Assembly (NCBI GenBank): GCA_964349835.1
Contig: CAYGID010000001.1
Coordinates: 43,973 to 107,972, forward strand
Direction: 5' to 3'
Source: an uncultured Bacteroidales bacterium
GTDB taxonomy: Bacteria; Bacteroidota; Bacteroidia; Bacteroidales; UBA4181
Length of the DNA: 64,000 nucleotides
The translations under genes were made by a program, and so were the position numbers. Shown in pieces: positions 38,193-47,781 of this stretch. The notes below the pieces were generated by a model. It saw nothing but the letters and a program-made list of their open reading frames with translations, was not told where the DNA came from and did no database searches. Numbering within the stretch: the stretch's first letter is position 1; each line of letters starts with the position of its first letter.

Positions 38193-38768
38193 ATGAAAAC
38201 ACTCTTTCTTATTATCTTCATTTCCTTCAGCAATATTGTCCTCGCTCAGTTTCCTCAGCCCTTCGGGACGCCTCCGCAATCCTTCAACAGAAACAGTTGG
38301 CAGCCCGGAAGCAGTAGCTCCGACGAGTCGAAAAGCAAGTCGGACGGGGAAGAGAAAAGCAGAGGCGATAGGCAATCCAGAGAACGGTTTCAGGAGAGAG
38401 ACAGGGAATCGTTCCAGAAATATATGGAGACCCGTCGGATTGCTTTTTTTACCGAAAAGATGAATCTCACACCGCAAGAAGCCACCCGCTTCTGGCCAGA
38501 ATACAATATGTACAGTTTTCACCGGAACCGACTCGAATTCGAAAAGCAGGAGATTCTGATGAGAGCCGAAAAGAGTGTTGATCCGAACAAGGATCTCTCC
38601 CGCTATATGCAGATTGTTCGCGAAGACACCGACATGCAGGAGAAGTTTCAACGCACCATCTCAACGATTCTCCCGCCCAAAAAGATTCTGGCACTATATA
38701 AAGCGGAAGTGCAGTTTCGTCACATGATTCTGCGCGATATGCGCGACCAACAGCCTAGAAAAGACTAA
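38193..38768 (+). CDS. Secreted, highly charged helical protein (hypothetical)
   Basis: 191 aa with signal peptide [19 protein letters not shown], followed by a Ser/Glu/Lys/Arg-rich region and predicted helices. It is the third gene of the sigma module. Confidence 0.6.
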   Translation: MKTLFLIIFISFSNIVLAQFPQPFGTPPQSFNRNSWQPGSSSSDESKSKSDGEEKSRGDRQSRERFQERDRESFQKYMETRRIAFFTEKMNLTPQEATRFWPEYNMYSFHRNRLEFEKQEILMRAEKSVDPNKDLSRYMQIVREDTDMQEKFQRTISTILPPKKILALYKAEVQFRHMILRDMRDQQPRKD

Positions 38769-40129
38769 TCCATTATTTCTTTTAGGTGTGCGGGTTCAAT
38801 TTTTTGTTGTTCGCCGGTAACCATATTCTTTAGAGAAATAACCCCCTCGCGGATCTCATCCTCGCCCTGAATCGCCACGAAAGCTACCTTGCGGGCGTTG
38901 GCGTAGGCCATCTGCTTTTTGATCTTCACCGCATCGGGATAGAGCTCGGCCCTGATGCCGGACTCTCGTAATTTTTGCAGATAACGCAGGCTCAGCGCCA
39001 CATCATGCCCCCCAAAGTTCAGAAATAAGATGCGGGGCGCTGCAGCCACCGAATCGGGAAAACCACCAGTTTGCAGCAGAACATCGTAAATGCGGTCGGC
39101 CCCGAAAGAGATGCCGACTCCCGACAATCCGGGCATTCCAAAGATTCCGGTGAGGTTGTCGTAACGCCCGCCTCCGCTGATACTACCGATATTTACATCG
39201 AGCGCCTTCACTTCGAAGATGGCTCCTGTGTAGTAGTTTAAGCCTCTGGCAAGGGTGAGATCGAGTTCGCAACGCACGTTGACTCCGGTGGTTTCGGCCA
39301 GCGAAAACAGCTCAGTGAGCTCTTCTACCCCTTTTGTACCGGTGGGCTCTCCTTCGAAGAGCCTCCGCAGAGTTTCCAGTTTTTCGCGGGTGGAGCCCGA
39401 AAGGGTGAGTACAGGCTCCAGCGCCTGAATGGCCTGAGCCGAAATTCCCCTCTCCAGGAGCTCCTCTTTCACCTTATCGAGGCCAATCTTATCGAGTTTG
39501 TCGATGGCCACGGTAATATCGGTTACCTTGTCGGGTTCGCCGATAAGCGCCGCAATGCCAGCCAGTACCTTCCGGTTGTTGATCTTTACCACCACCGAAA
39601 TGTTGAGCAGTTCAAAAACCCGGGCAATCATCTGTAGCAATTCGAGCTCATTCAGGAGGGAGTCGCTCCCTACCACATCGGCGTCGCATTGGTAAAATTC
39701 ACGGTAGCGACCCTTTTGGGGACGGTCGGCCCGCCACACGGGCTGGATCTGATACCGTTTAAAAGGAAAGAGTATATCGGCCTGATTTTGTACTACGAAA
39801 CGGGCAAAGGGAACGGTGAGGTCGTACCGGAGCCCCTTTTCGCAGATTTGAGACGACAATTTGGCCGGGTTGTTCTCCTCCAATGCGGTGCGATCGACTT
39901 TTGAAAGAAAATCGCCAGAGTTCAGTATACGAAAGAGCAGCTTGTCGCCCTCTTCGCCATATTTACCCAGCAGGGTTGAGAGATTCTCCATGGAAGGAGT
40001 TTCAATCTGCTGGTACCCGTAGAGGGCAAAGACCGAACGGATGGTGTCGAAAATATAGTTGCGTCGTTCCATTTCGACCGGCGAGAAATCGCGGGTCCCT
40101 TTGGGAATGGAGGGTTTTTGTATGGCCAT
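38765..40129 (-). CDS. hisS: Histidine--tRNA ligase
   Basis: 454 aa with class II motifs including GGGRYDNL. Confidence 0.96.
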   Translation of the reverse strand: MAIQKPSIPKGTRDFSPVEMERRNYIFDTIRSVFALYGYQQIETPSMENLSTLLGKYGEEGDKLLFRILNSGDFLSKVDRTALEENNPAKLSSQICEKGLRYDLTVPFARFVVQNQADILFPFKRYQIQPVWRADRPQKGRYREFYQCDADVVGSDSLLNELELLQMIARVFELLNISVVVKINNRKVLAGIAALIGEPDKVTDITVAIDKLDKIGLDKVKEELLERGISAQAIQALEPVLTLSGSTREKLETLRRLFEGEPTGTKGVEELTELFSLAETTGVNVRCELDLTLARGLNYYTGAIFEVKALDVNIGSISGGGRYDNLTGIFGMPGLSGVGISFGADRIYDVLLQTGGFPDSVAAAPRILFLNFGGHDVALSLRYLQKLRESGIRAELYPDAVKIKKQMAYANARKVAFVAIQGEDEIREGVISLKNMVTGEQQKIEPAHLKEIMD

Positions 40130-40138
40130 GTTCTAAAA

Positions 40139-41815
40139 TTAATCCATGAGTTTTTTGTATCGGATCCGAGTAGGGGCCTCGTCGCCGAGCCGCTTTTTAC
40201 GATCTTCTTCGTACTCCGAATAGGAGCCTTCAAAAAAAGTGACCTGCGAATTACCCTCAAAGGCGAGGATGTGTGTAGCTACCCGGTCGAGAAACCAGCG
40301 ATCGTGCGAGATCACCACCGCGCAACCTGCAAAGTTGTCGAGTCCCTCTTCGAGGGCGCGAAGCGTATTCACGTCCATGTCGTTGGTGGGCTCATCGAGC
40401 AGCAGTACATTTCCCTCCTCACGGAGAGCCAGCGCAAGGTGGAGGCGGTTCCGCTCGCCTCCCGACAATACGGCGCATTTCTTCTCCTGATCGGCTCCGC
40501 TGAAGTTGAAGCGCGACACATAGGCTCTGGCATTGACCTGTTTCCCACCCAACATTACCCACTCGCTGTCGCGGGCAATTACTTGATATACAGTTTTTTC
40601 GGGAATGATATCCTTATGTGTCTGGTCAACGTAGGCCAGTTTCACAGTAGAACCCACTTCGAAGGTTCCAGCGGCAGGCTGCTCCAGACCCATGATGAGC
40701 CGGAAAAGGGTGGTTTTTCCGGCTCCGTTGGGACCGATTACCCCCACAATCCCCGCGGGAGGCAGCATTAAGTTGAGGTTTTCGAACAGCACCCTCTCGT
40801 TGTAGGCCATCGAAACACCCTTGGCCTCAATAACCCGGTGGCCCAGCCGAGGCCCGTTGGGAATATAGAGTTCGAGCCGATCCTCTTTCTGTTTGACGTC
40901 CTCATTCAGCAGTTTGTCGTAAGCGCCCAGACGAGCCTTGGCTTTGGCGTGACGCGCCTTGGGCGCCATCCGTACCCACTCGAGTTCGCGTTCGAGGGTC
41001 TTTCGCCGTTTGCTCTCCTGTTTCTCCTCCATTTTGAGGCGGGTCGCTTTCTGTTCGAGCCACGAGGAGTAGTTCCCCTTCCAGGGAATACCCTCTCCGC
41101 GGTCGAGTTCGAGAATCCAGCCGGCCACGTTGTCGAGAAAGTAACGGTCGTGAGTTACCGCAATCACGGTACCCTTGTACTGTTGCAGATGTTGTTCGAG
41201 CCAGTCGACCGACTCGGCATCGAGGTGGTTGGTGGGCTCATCGAGAAGCAAGACATCGGGCTCCTGTAGCAGTAGGCGGCAGAGCGCTACACGACGGCGC
41301 TCCCCTCCCGACAGAATAGAGACCGGGGTGTCGCCCTCAGGGCAGCGAAGGGCATCCATGGCCCTCTCAAGTCTGCTGTCGATTTCCCATCCTCCCGAAT
41401 GGTCTATCTTTTCGGTTAATTCACCCTGTCGCTCAATGAGGCGGGCCATCTCATCGTCATCAAGAGGCTCCATAAAACGCAGGTTCACCTCTTCGTACTC
41501 CTTCAGGAGATCCATCACCGACTGAACCCCTTCGCGAACCAACTCAATCACCGTTTTGCTCTCGTCGAGGCGGGGATCCTGCTCGAGCATTCCGACCGAA
41601 TATCCAGGCGAAAAAACCACCTCTCCCTGAAAAGAGCGCTCCATGCCGGCAATAATCTTCATCAGGGTCGATTTCCCGGAGCCGTTTAAGCCGATGATGC
41701 CAATCTTGGCTCCGTAAAAGAAGGAGAGGTAGATATCTTTGAGAACCTGTTTGTGGGGTGGGAATATCTTGTTGACGCCCACCATTGAGAAGATGATTTT
41801 TTTGTCGTCGGCCAT
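40139..41815 (-). CDS. ettA: ABC-F ATPase, energy-dependent translational throttle protein EttA
   Basis: 558 aa with two cassettes (GLNGSGKST/LSGGERRRVAL and GPNGAGKTT/LSGGERNRLHL) and no TM domain. Confidence 0.93.
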   Translation of the reverse strand: MADDKKIIFSMVGVNKIFPPHKQVLKDIYLSFFYGAKIGIIGLNGSGKSTLMKIIAGMERSFQGEVVFSPGYSVGMLEQDPRLDESKTVIELVREGVQSVMDLLKEYEEVNLRFMEPLDDDEMARLIERQGELTEKIDHSGGWEIDSRLERAMDALRCPEGDTPVSILSGGERRRVALCRLLLQEPDVLLLDEPTNHLDAESVDWLEQHLQQYKGTVIAVTHDRYFLDNVAGWILELDRGEGIPWKGNYSSWLEQKATRLKMEEKQESKRRKTLERELEWVRMAPKARHAKAKARLGAYDKLLNEDVKQKEDRLELYIPNGPRLGHRVIEAKGVSMAYNERVLFENLNLMLPPAGIVGVIGPNGAGKTTLFRLIMGLEQPAAGTFEVGSTVKLAYVDQTHKDIIPEKTVYQVIARDSEWVMLGGKQVNARAYVSRFNFSGADQEKKCAVLSGGERNRLHLALALREEGNVLLLDEPTNDMDVNTLRALEEGLDNFAGCAVVISHDRWFLDRVATHILAFEGNSQVTFFEGSYSEYEEDRKKRLGDEAPTRIRYKKLMD

Positions 41816-41947
41816 GGTTAAGGTATTGCTATCTGATAAAGGGTTTAAGGAAAGTGATTAGGTGCAAAATCAACGGAGAGGCTCCGGGTAAGAGGTTCAA
41901 ACGGGGAATTCGGACAAAGGGTTATAGGCGATTTCGCGAAAAAGGTA

Positions 41948-42721
41948 TCAACGAACCAGATCGAGGTCGAGACATTTCTTCACCTTGTCGATGGGGATTT
42001 TCAACACCACCTGTCCCCTCCCCCGCGGGGCAATCTCGAACCGATTGTACAAAAAGAGGATCGAATTCTCGGCAAAGGTGAAGTTGCGGGGAAGAAAGAA
42101 GCGGTTCTGCCGGAAGAAAAATCCGGCATCGGAAAAGGGTTCGGTTCGACCCAATCCAAATTCCGAGCGGAAAGCCCGTTCGCCAATCTCCAAGAGCAGG
42201 GGTTCGTTGGTTACGAGATCTTTGTAGGAAATACGACGGCCCGTGCTTTTATCAAAAACCGCCAGCGAGAAGAGATCGGTTGCCGCCATCAGTCCTTCGC
42301 TGGCAACCACAGAGGCTTCGGCCGTGATGACTTTTCGGTTTTCGAATACGACGCGGCCGCCAAACGCGTAGTTCCAACCCTGATAGGAGGTGCCTGAGGT
42401 GTCGGACTGTTTTAGCGAGATGTAGTCGGTGAGCAGGCTGCGAGCCACCGAATCGAGCGATATATCGAGGGGTTGGGTCAAAGAATCGGAGTAGAACGAC
42501 TTATAAAAAGCCATCAACGAATCGCGAAGCGGAACCTCCCCTTTTACCACAGGCAGCGAAAAAACGAGTTTCAATGTGGCCTGGGTATCGCTATCGAACT
42601 CCGAACTGGATCGTTCTAAAGTGAGCGTTTCGAACTCCAACGAGGTATATCCCGGCCCGCAGGCCTGAAAGGCAAACAATACCGCGGCAAAACAAAACAA
42701 AACCCATCGAAAAATACGCAT
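41948..42721 (-). CDS. Lipoprotein, DUF4163/DUF3298 (RsiV/PdaC-N-like) architecture suspected
   Basis: 257 aa from MRIFRWVLFCFAAVLFAFQAC (lipobox). The longer track ORF starts upstream of the promoter box. The domain call rests on pattern only. Confidence 0.55.
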   Translation of the reverse strand: MRIFRWVLFCFAAVLFAFQACGPGYTSLEFETLTLERSSSEFDSDTQATLKLVFSLPVVKGEVPLRDSLMAFYKSFYSDSLTQPLDISLDSVARSLLTDYISLKQSDTSGTSYQGWNYAFGGRVVFENRKVITAEASVVASEGLMAATDLFSLAVFDKSTGRRISYKDLVTNEPLLLEIGERAFRSEFGLGRTEPFSDAGFFFRQNRFFLPRNFTFAENSILFLYNRFEIAPRGRGQVVLKIPIDKVKKCLDLDLVR

Positions 42722-42747
42722 AGAGGAAAGGAATTTAGGGACGGCCA

Positions 42748-42755
42748 CAAAGGTA
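42748..42755 (-). promoter_or_regulatory. -7 promoter box (TAccTTTG) for the lipoprotein gene
   Basis: The minus strand reads TACCTTTG 27 nt upstream of the ATG at 42721. Confidence 0.5.
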
Positions 42756-42800
42756 AAAAAAAATGTACTTTTACCGGGAATTTGCATAAACTCTCTTATT

Positions 42801-44870
42801 ATGGCACATACTACCCCCATGCAAACTACTTCCGGACCCAAAAAAGATTGGCCCGAATTTACCCTTAAAGCTGTTTTGGTAGGGCTGGTTCTGGCGGTGG
42901 TGCTCGGTGCAGCCAATGCCTACCTCGGTCTGAAGGCGGGCATGACCATCGCGGCCACCTACCCTGCAGCGGTTATCGGAATGGCCGTGATTAAACTCTT
43001 AAAAGGGAACATTCTCGAAGAGAATATGGCTCGTACCATCGGTTCGATTGGCGAATCGGTGGCGGCCGGCGCTATCTTTACCCTGCCTGCCTTCTATATT
43101 GCCGGCATTTGGGACCCCTTCTTTACGCCCGGCAACTATATAACATCGACACTCATTCTGATTGCCGGTGGTGTGCTGGGAATCATGTTTGTAGTGCTTC
43201 TGCGTAAGGTAATGGTTGAGGATAAGGAACTCCCCTTCCCCGAATCGGTGGCTGCTGCCGAAATTCACAAGGCGGGCCAGAAAAGCAAGGGCAGCTCAAA
43301 ACATCTCTTTGTGGCCATGGGATTGGGCGCATTGATTAAACTCTTGGGAGAACTCCGCTTTTTTGCCACCTACTGGGAAAAATTTGTGTTATTCGGAAAA
43401 AAAGCGATTGCCGGTTCCGGTTTTTCGGGCGAAGGGGGCATGCTGGTGGGTTCGCCCGGTATAAGCCCCGCATACATGGGCGTTGGTTATATTATCGGAC
43501 CCAAACTGGCATCGCTCAACTTTAGCGGTGGCGTGCTGGCATGGGGACTTTTGGTGCCGATGATTCTCTATTTTATGGGGCCATCACTCAATATAGAGGC
43601 TATGCAGGCTGCTCTTATGGCAGCCGACCCATCGCTCGATTCGGCCGAAGCGGCCGAAAAAGTGTGGACACAACAGTCGTACGCTATCTGGAAATTTATT
43701 GTACGTCCTATTGCCATTGGGGGAATGCTGGTGAGTGCCGCTCTGACGCTGTTTAAGATGCGGAACAGCCTTACAGAGGGAATCCGCCGTTCGGTGAATG
43801 ATGTAAAGAAAGCCACATCGGGCAGTGCCCGAGTAGTAGAAAGAACCGAAAAGGATCTCCCCTTTACCTGGGTTATGGCAGGCGTTTTGGGAGTAGGGGT
43901 GCTCACCTTCTTCATTGCCTGGTATATTTTTGGAATCACCTGGTTCTCGGCTCTGACGGCCGCTGTGGTGCTCACCCTGCTTGCCTTCTTTTTCGCAGCG
44001 GTTTCGGGCTATCTGGTGGGTATTATGGGATCGAGTAACAACCCTATTAGTGGTTTAACTCTTACCGCGCTGGTGGTAACTGCCCTCATTATGGTCGGTT
44101 TGGGAGCCCGTGGTATCGAAGGGGTTGCTACGGTGTTGGGCGTAGCGGCCATTGTTTGCGTGTCGGCTGCGGTGGCGGGCGAGATGCTGCAGGATCTGAA
44201 GGCGGGTCATCTGCTACAGGGAACTCCATGGCGGATGCAGTTGGGCGACCTGATTGGGGTGGTCGTTGCCTCCACTGTGATGTTCGGCGTATTGGTGTAC
44301 CTCAACGAAGGCGATATTGCCAAAGGGATTAAGGAGGGCTACCAGGGAGGATTCGGTAGCAAGGAGCTGTCGGCACCGCAGGCTAGCCTGATGTCTATCA
44401 TGTCGAAAGGGATTGTTGAAGGAGCCATGGCCTGGCCGTTGATTATTGGCGGTATGCTGATGGGGGCAGCGCTGATCCTGATGCAGGTGAAGAGCCCGAT
44501 GCTAATTTGCGTAGGCATGTACCTACCGCTCGAAACTACTTTCGCCATTTTTCTGGGCGGCGTGGTAAAAGGATTGGCAGATATGGCCGCCGGCAAGAAG
44601 AATCTGGGCGAAGAGGCCTTGGTTCGGATGGAAAATGTGGGCATATTGCTCTCTTCGGGATTGATTGCCGGAGAGGCTCTGATGGGACTGGTGATTGCCA
44701 TTTTTGCAGCAGGAAATATCTTCTTATACGATTTAGTCACCATCTTCAAGACACCCCCGGTTTCGATCAGTCTGCTGGTTCTCGCTGTCATTGCATGGCT
44801 CTTGATTGCCGTTCCGCTGCGTCATGGGGCCAAAAGCGCGCAACCCGTAACTCGCTCGCGTGAAGTGTAG
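42801..44870 (+). CDS. OPT-family oligopeptide transporter
   Basis: 689 aa with about 16 hydrophobic helices. The N-terminal EFTLKAVLVGLVLAVVLGAANAYLGLKAGMT pattern is typical of the OPT family. Confidence 0.85.
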   Translation: MAHTTPMQTTSGPKKDWPEFTLKAVLVGLVLAVVLGAANAYLGLKAGMTIAATYPAAVIGMAVIKLLKGNILEENMARTIGSIGESVAAGAIFTLPAFYIAGIWDPFFTPGNYITSTLILIAGGVLGIMFVVLLRKVMVEDKELPFPESVAAAEIHKAGQKSKGSSKHLFVAMGLGALIKLLGELRFFATYWEKFVLFGKKAIAGSGFSGEGGMLVGSPGISPAYMGVGYIIGPKLASLNFSGGVLAWGLLVPMILYFMGPSLNIEAMQAALMAADPSLDSAEAAEKVWTQQSYAIWKFIVRPIAIGGMLVSAALTLFKMRNSLTEGIRRSVNDVKKATSGSARVVERTEKDLPFTWVMAGVLGVGVLTFFIAWYIFGITWFSALTAAVVLTLLAFFFAAVSGYLVGIMGSSNNPISGLTLTALVVTALIMVGLGARGIEGVATVLGVAAIVCVSAAVAGEMLQDLKAGHLLQGTPWRMQLGDLIGVVVASTVMFGVLVYLNEGDIAKGIKEGYQGGFGSKELSAPQASLMSIMSKGIVEGAMAWPLIIGGMLMGAALILMQVKSPMLICVGMYLPLETTFAIFLGGVVKGLADMAAGKKNLGEEALVRMENVGILLSSGLIAGEALMGLVIAIFAAGNIFLYDLVTIFKTPPVSISLLVLAVIAWLLIAVPLRHGAKSAQPVTRSREV

Positions 44871-44889
44871 AAATACCAACCATTTTTTC

Positions 44890-44897
44890 TACCTTTG
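44890..44897 (+). promoter_or_regulatory. -7 promoter box (TAccTTTG) for the TPR gene
   Basis: TACCTTTG lies 22 nt upstream of the ATG at 44919. Confidence 0.5.
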
Positions 44898-44918
44898 TCG
44901 AGAATATTGTAATGTGCC

Positions 44919-46346
44919 ATGGGTTGGAAACATGATTGGCTATCCGAGGATCCTGACGAAGTTTTCGGACCGGTAGAACGCTTCGAGGATATGGTCAAAA
45001 ACCGTACCCGCTGCTTCTTCGATGTCCATGAGTTCGAAAACATCATTGACTATTATCTTGATACGGAGAATTTCGGATTCGCCGCCAAGGCGGCGAAGTA
45101 TGCAGTTGAAATGTACCCCTACTCTACCTCTATTCAGCAGAGGATCAGCGAAATACTGATCGATAAGGGGCAACCGGTAGAGGCATTGGGTATTCTGGAG
45201 CGGATTGGAAAATTAGAGCCCGACAATGCCGATATTTTGGTGCTGAAAGGCGATGCCCTGATGATGACCGGCAAAGTGAAGGAGGCACGACGTGCCTACG
45301 AAAGGGCTTATGCAAAAGCCGATTCGGACGAAAAAGATGCCATTGCCTTTCATATCGGCATCTCGCTCGAAAAGGCCGAACAGTATCACCTGGCGCTCCG
45401 TTACCTGCAGGATGTGGCACTGCTCGACCCCTCAAATTACGCAGTATACTACGACTTGGCCTTTTGCTACGATAAAATCGGGAAACCCGAAAAAAGCATT
45501 GAGTTTTACAACAAGTTCCTCAACGAAGACCCCTTCTCCGAAAATGTCTGGTATAATCTGGGCTTTGCGTACGGTGTAAGCGGACAATACGAAAAGGCGC
45601 TCCAGGCGTACGACTTTGCGGTCGCTCTAAACGGGCAGTACGCTTCGGCCTACTTTAACAAGGCTAACCTCCAGGCACATCTCGAAAAGTATCAGGAGGC
45701 TCTCCAAACCTATAAGGAGTTTCTGGAGCTGGAGCCCGACAATGCGCAGGCTCATTGTTATATGGCCGAGTGTTACGAGAAACAGGACGACAACGAGATG
45801 GCCACCGAGTATTACCGACAGTCCATGGCGCTCAATCCCGAACTGGCAGACGCCTGGATGGGAATGGGTATGGTCTATTTTAACCAAAATAATTACAAAT
45901 CGAGCATTGCCCACATTTTAAATGCCATTCAGCTGGAGCCCGATAACACGGAGTATTACTTCACGCTTGGCACCGTGTACAATGCATATCAACGCCCCGA
46001 AAAGGCCGCCGCCGCCTTTAAGAGGTGTCTGGAGGAGGATCCCGACGAACCGGAAGCGCTGGCCGGACTCTTTGCCTCCTGCCTGCAGTTGAAAAAGGTG
46101 AGACTCTCGCGAGAATTACTCGACAAACTAACTCGCCTGAACCCCGACGACGCTTCGGGGAATTTTCGGGAGGCTGCCTTCTACTTCACCTTCGGTCCGG
46201 TTCAGGAGGGCTACACCTGGCTTACCAAGGGGCTTTCGGTTGCCCCGGAAGCGCTCGACGACTTCTTAAGGCTCTTTCCAACGGCCGCGAACGATCCCGA
46301 TCTGCTTTCCTTTATCCGCCCCTATACGGCTTCTACGGAGCACTAA
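44919..46346 (+). CDS. Tetratricopeptide repeat protein
   Basis: 475 aa with about 10 consecutive 34-aa repeats following the W/Y..LG..Y......A...Y..AL pattern. Confidence 0.8.
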   Translation: MGWKHDWLSEDPDEVFGPVERFEDMVKNRTRCFFDVHEFENIIDYYLDTENFGFAAKAAKYAVEMYPYSTSIQQRISEILIDKGQPVEALGILERIGKLEPDNADILVLKGDALMMTGKVKEARRAYERAYAKADSDEKDAIAFHIGISLEKAEQYHLALRYLQDVALLDPSNYAVYYDLAFCYDKIGKPEKSIEFYNKFLNEDPFSENVWYNLGFAYGVSGQYEKALQAYDFAVALNGQYASAYFNKANLQAHLEKYQEALQTYKEFLELEPDNAQAHCYMAECYEKQDDNEMATEYYRQSMALNPELADAWMGMGMVYFNQNNYKSSIAHILNAIQLEPDNTEYYFTLGTVYNAYQRPEKAAAAFKRCLEEDPDEPEALAGLFASCLQLKKVRLSRELLDKLTRLNPDDASGNFREAAFYFTFGPVQEGYTWLTKGLSVAPEALDDFLRLFPTAANDPDLLSFIRPYTASTEH

Positions 46347-46357
46347 TCATATTGCAC

Positions 46358-47143
46358 ATGAACATACCTTTTCCATACCTTCCCAATCGGCCCGCGCAAC
46401 CGCGCGAAGAGGGAGTTACCATGATGATGGACAAAGGCCTCAGTCTTAGCGAGGCCGAGAGTTTTCTTTCGGCTGCCGCCCCTTTTACCGACCTTGTAAA
46501 GTTTGGGTTTGGCACGGCCATCTTTGCCCCAAAGCTCAAGGAGAAAATTGCTCTCTATAAATCGGCCGGACTGCGCCCCTATTTTGGGGGAACACTATTT
46601 GAGGCATTCATTATCAGAAATCTCTTCGACGAATACCGACGAATGCTTGATACATTCGGGTTAGAAATGGCCGAGGTGTCGGACGGTTCCATGAAGATGG
46701 TCCACGACCAGAAGATGGAGTACATCCGCATCCTTTCGGGGCAGGTTACCGTGTTATCGGAGGTGGGTTCGAAGGTGGCCGGGGTAGAAATTGCTAACGA
46801 GGAGTGGATCAAACAGATGCAAACCGAACTGAGTTCCGGAGCATGGAAGGTGATTGCCGAAGCGCGCGAAAGCGGAACCTCGGGCATCTATCATTCAGAC
46901 ACCTCTGCCAACAAGGAACTGATTGAGCAAATCATAGAAAAAGTGGGTGCCAACCGGGTTTTGTGGGAGGCTCCCAATAAACCCCAACAGGTCTATTTTA
47001 TCAGGCTTCTGGGAGCCAATGTGAATCTGGGGAACATTGCGCCCCAAGAGATGGTTGCGCTCGAGGCCCTGCGGCTGGGTCTGCGCGGGGATACCTTTTT
47101 TGATTATCTCCCTGCCGAATTACACAGTTTGAAACAGAAATAA
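46358..47143 (+). CDS. comA: Phosphosulfolactate synthase (ComA family)
   Basis: 261 aa from MNIPFPYLP. DKGL, VKFGFGT, GGTLFE, EVSDGS, EARESG, EAPNKPQQVYFI and LRLGLRGDTF line up with the archaeal ComA / Bacillus YitD pattern. Confidence 0.88.
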   Translation: MNIPFPYLPNRPAQPREEGVTMMMDKGLSLSEAESFLSAAAPFTDLVKFGFGTAIFAPKLKEKIALYKSAGLRPYFGGTLFEAFIIRNLFDEYRRMLDTFGLEMAEVSDGSMKMVHDQKMEYIRILSGQVTVLSEVGSKVAGVEIANEEWIKQMQTELSSGAWKVIAEARESGTSGIYHSDTSANKELIEQIIEKVGANRVLWEAPNKPQQVYFIRLLGANVNLGNIAPQEMVALEALRLGLRGDTFFDYLPAELHSLKQK

Positions 47144-47154
47144 GAGGGCTACCC

Positions 47155-47781
47155 ATGGGAATATACGATACAATAGTTGCCTGGTATATGGAGCATATGA
47201 ACTACTATACCATAACCATCCTTATGGCTATTGAGAGTTCGTTTATTCCCTTCCCATCGGAGGTGGTGATTCCCCCTGCAGCCTGGAAAGCGGCTCAGGG
47301 CGACCTCAACCTCTTTTTGGTGATTCTTTTTGGCACCTTCGGGGCGCTTCTGGGGGCACTGGCAAATTACTATCTGGCCAAAAGCCTGGGAAGGATGCTG
47401 GTATACTCTTTTGCCAAAACCCGTTTTGCCAAACTCTGCATGATTACCCCCGAAAAGATTGAAAAAGCCGAAGCGTACTTTGTAAAAAACGGCAACATAT
47501 CAACCTTTATCGGCCGTCTTATACCGGGAATCCGGCAACTGATCTCCATCCCTGCCGGGCTGTCGAATATGCCTCTGCTTCCCTTTATCATCTACACAGT
47601 AATAGGTGCCGGCATCTGGAACATCATGCTGGCGTTGTTGGGTTATTACCTGCAGTCGAAACACGCTCTCTTTGAGCTGTACTACAAAGAGCTGTCGTAC
47701 GGTCTGCTGGCCTTGGGCATAATTTTTGTGGTATGGCTCGTGGTCGGTGCACTAAGGAAACCTAAAGGGAAGAGCTCATGA
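47155..47781 (+). CDS. dedA: DedA-family membrane protein
   Basis: 208 aa with multiple TM helices. FIPFPSEVV and GRLIPGIRQLISIPAG motifs are typical of DedA/SNARE-associated proteins. Confidence 0.85.
   Translation: MGIYDTIVAWYMEHMNYYTITILMAIESSFIPFPSEVVIPPAAWKAAQGDLNLFLVILFGTFGALLGALANYYLAKSLGRMLVYSFAKTRFAKLCMITPEKIEKAEAYFVKNGNISTFIGRLIPGIRQLISIPAGLSNMPLLPFIIYTVIGAGIWNIMLALLGYYLQSKHALFELYYKELSYGLLALGIIFVVWLVVGALRKPKGKSS

Noticed and set aside
38112-38651. A 179-aa minus-strand ORF overlapping the secreted-protein gene at 38193-38768
   Set aside because: The plus-strand frame has a clean signal peptide and sits in an operon with the ECF sigma gene. The minus-strand frame has neither a signal nor context.
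46025-46357. A 372-aa reading of the comA ORF with a 111-aa Arg/Gly-rich N-terminal extension
   Set aside because: The extension overlaps the 3' end of the TPR gene in another frame and is low-complexity. The ComA homology begins right after the ATG at 46358.
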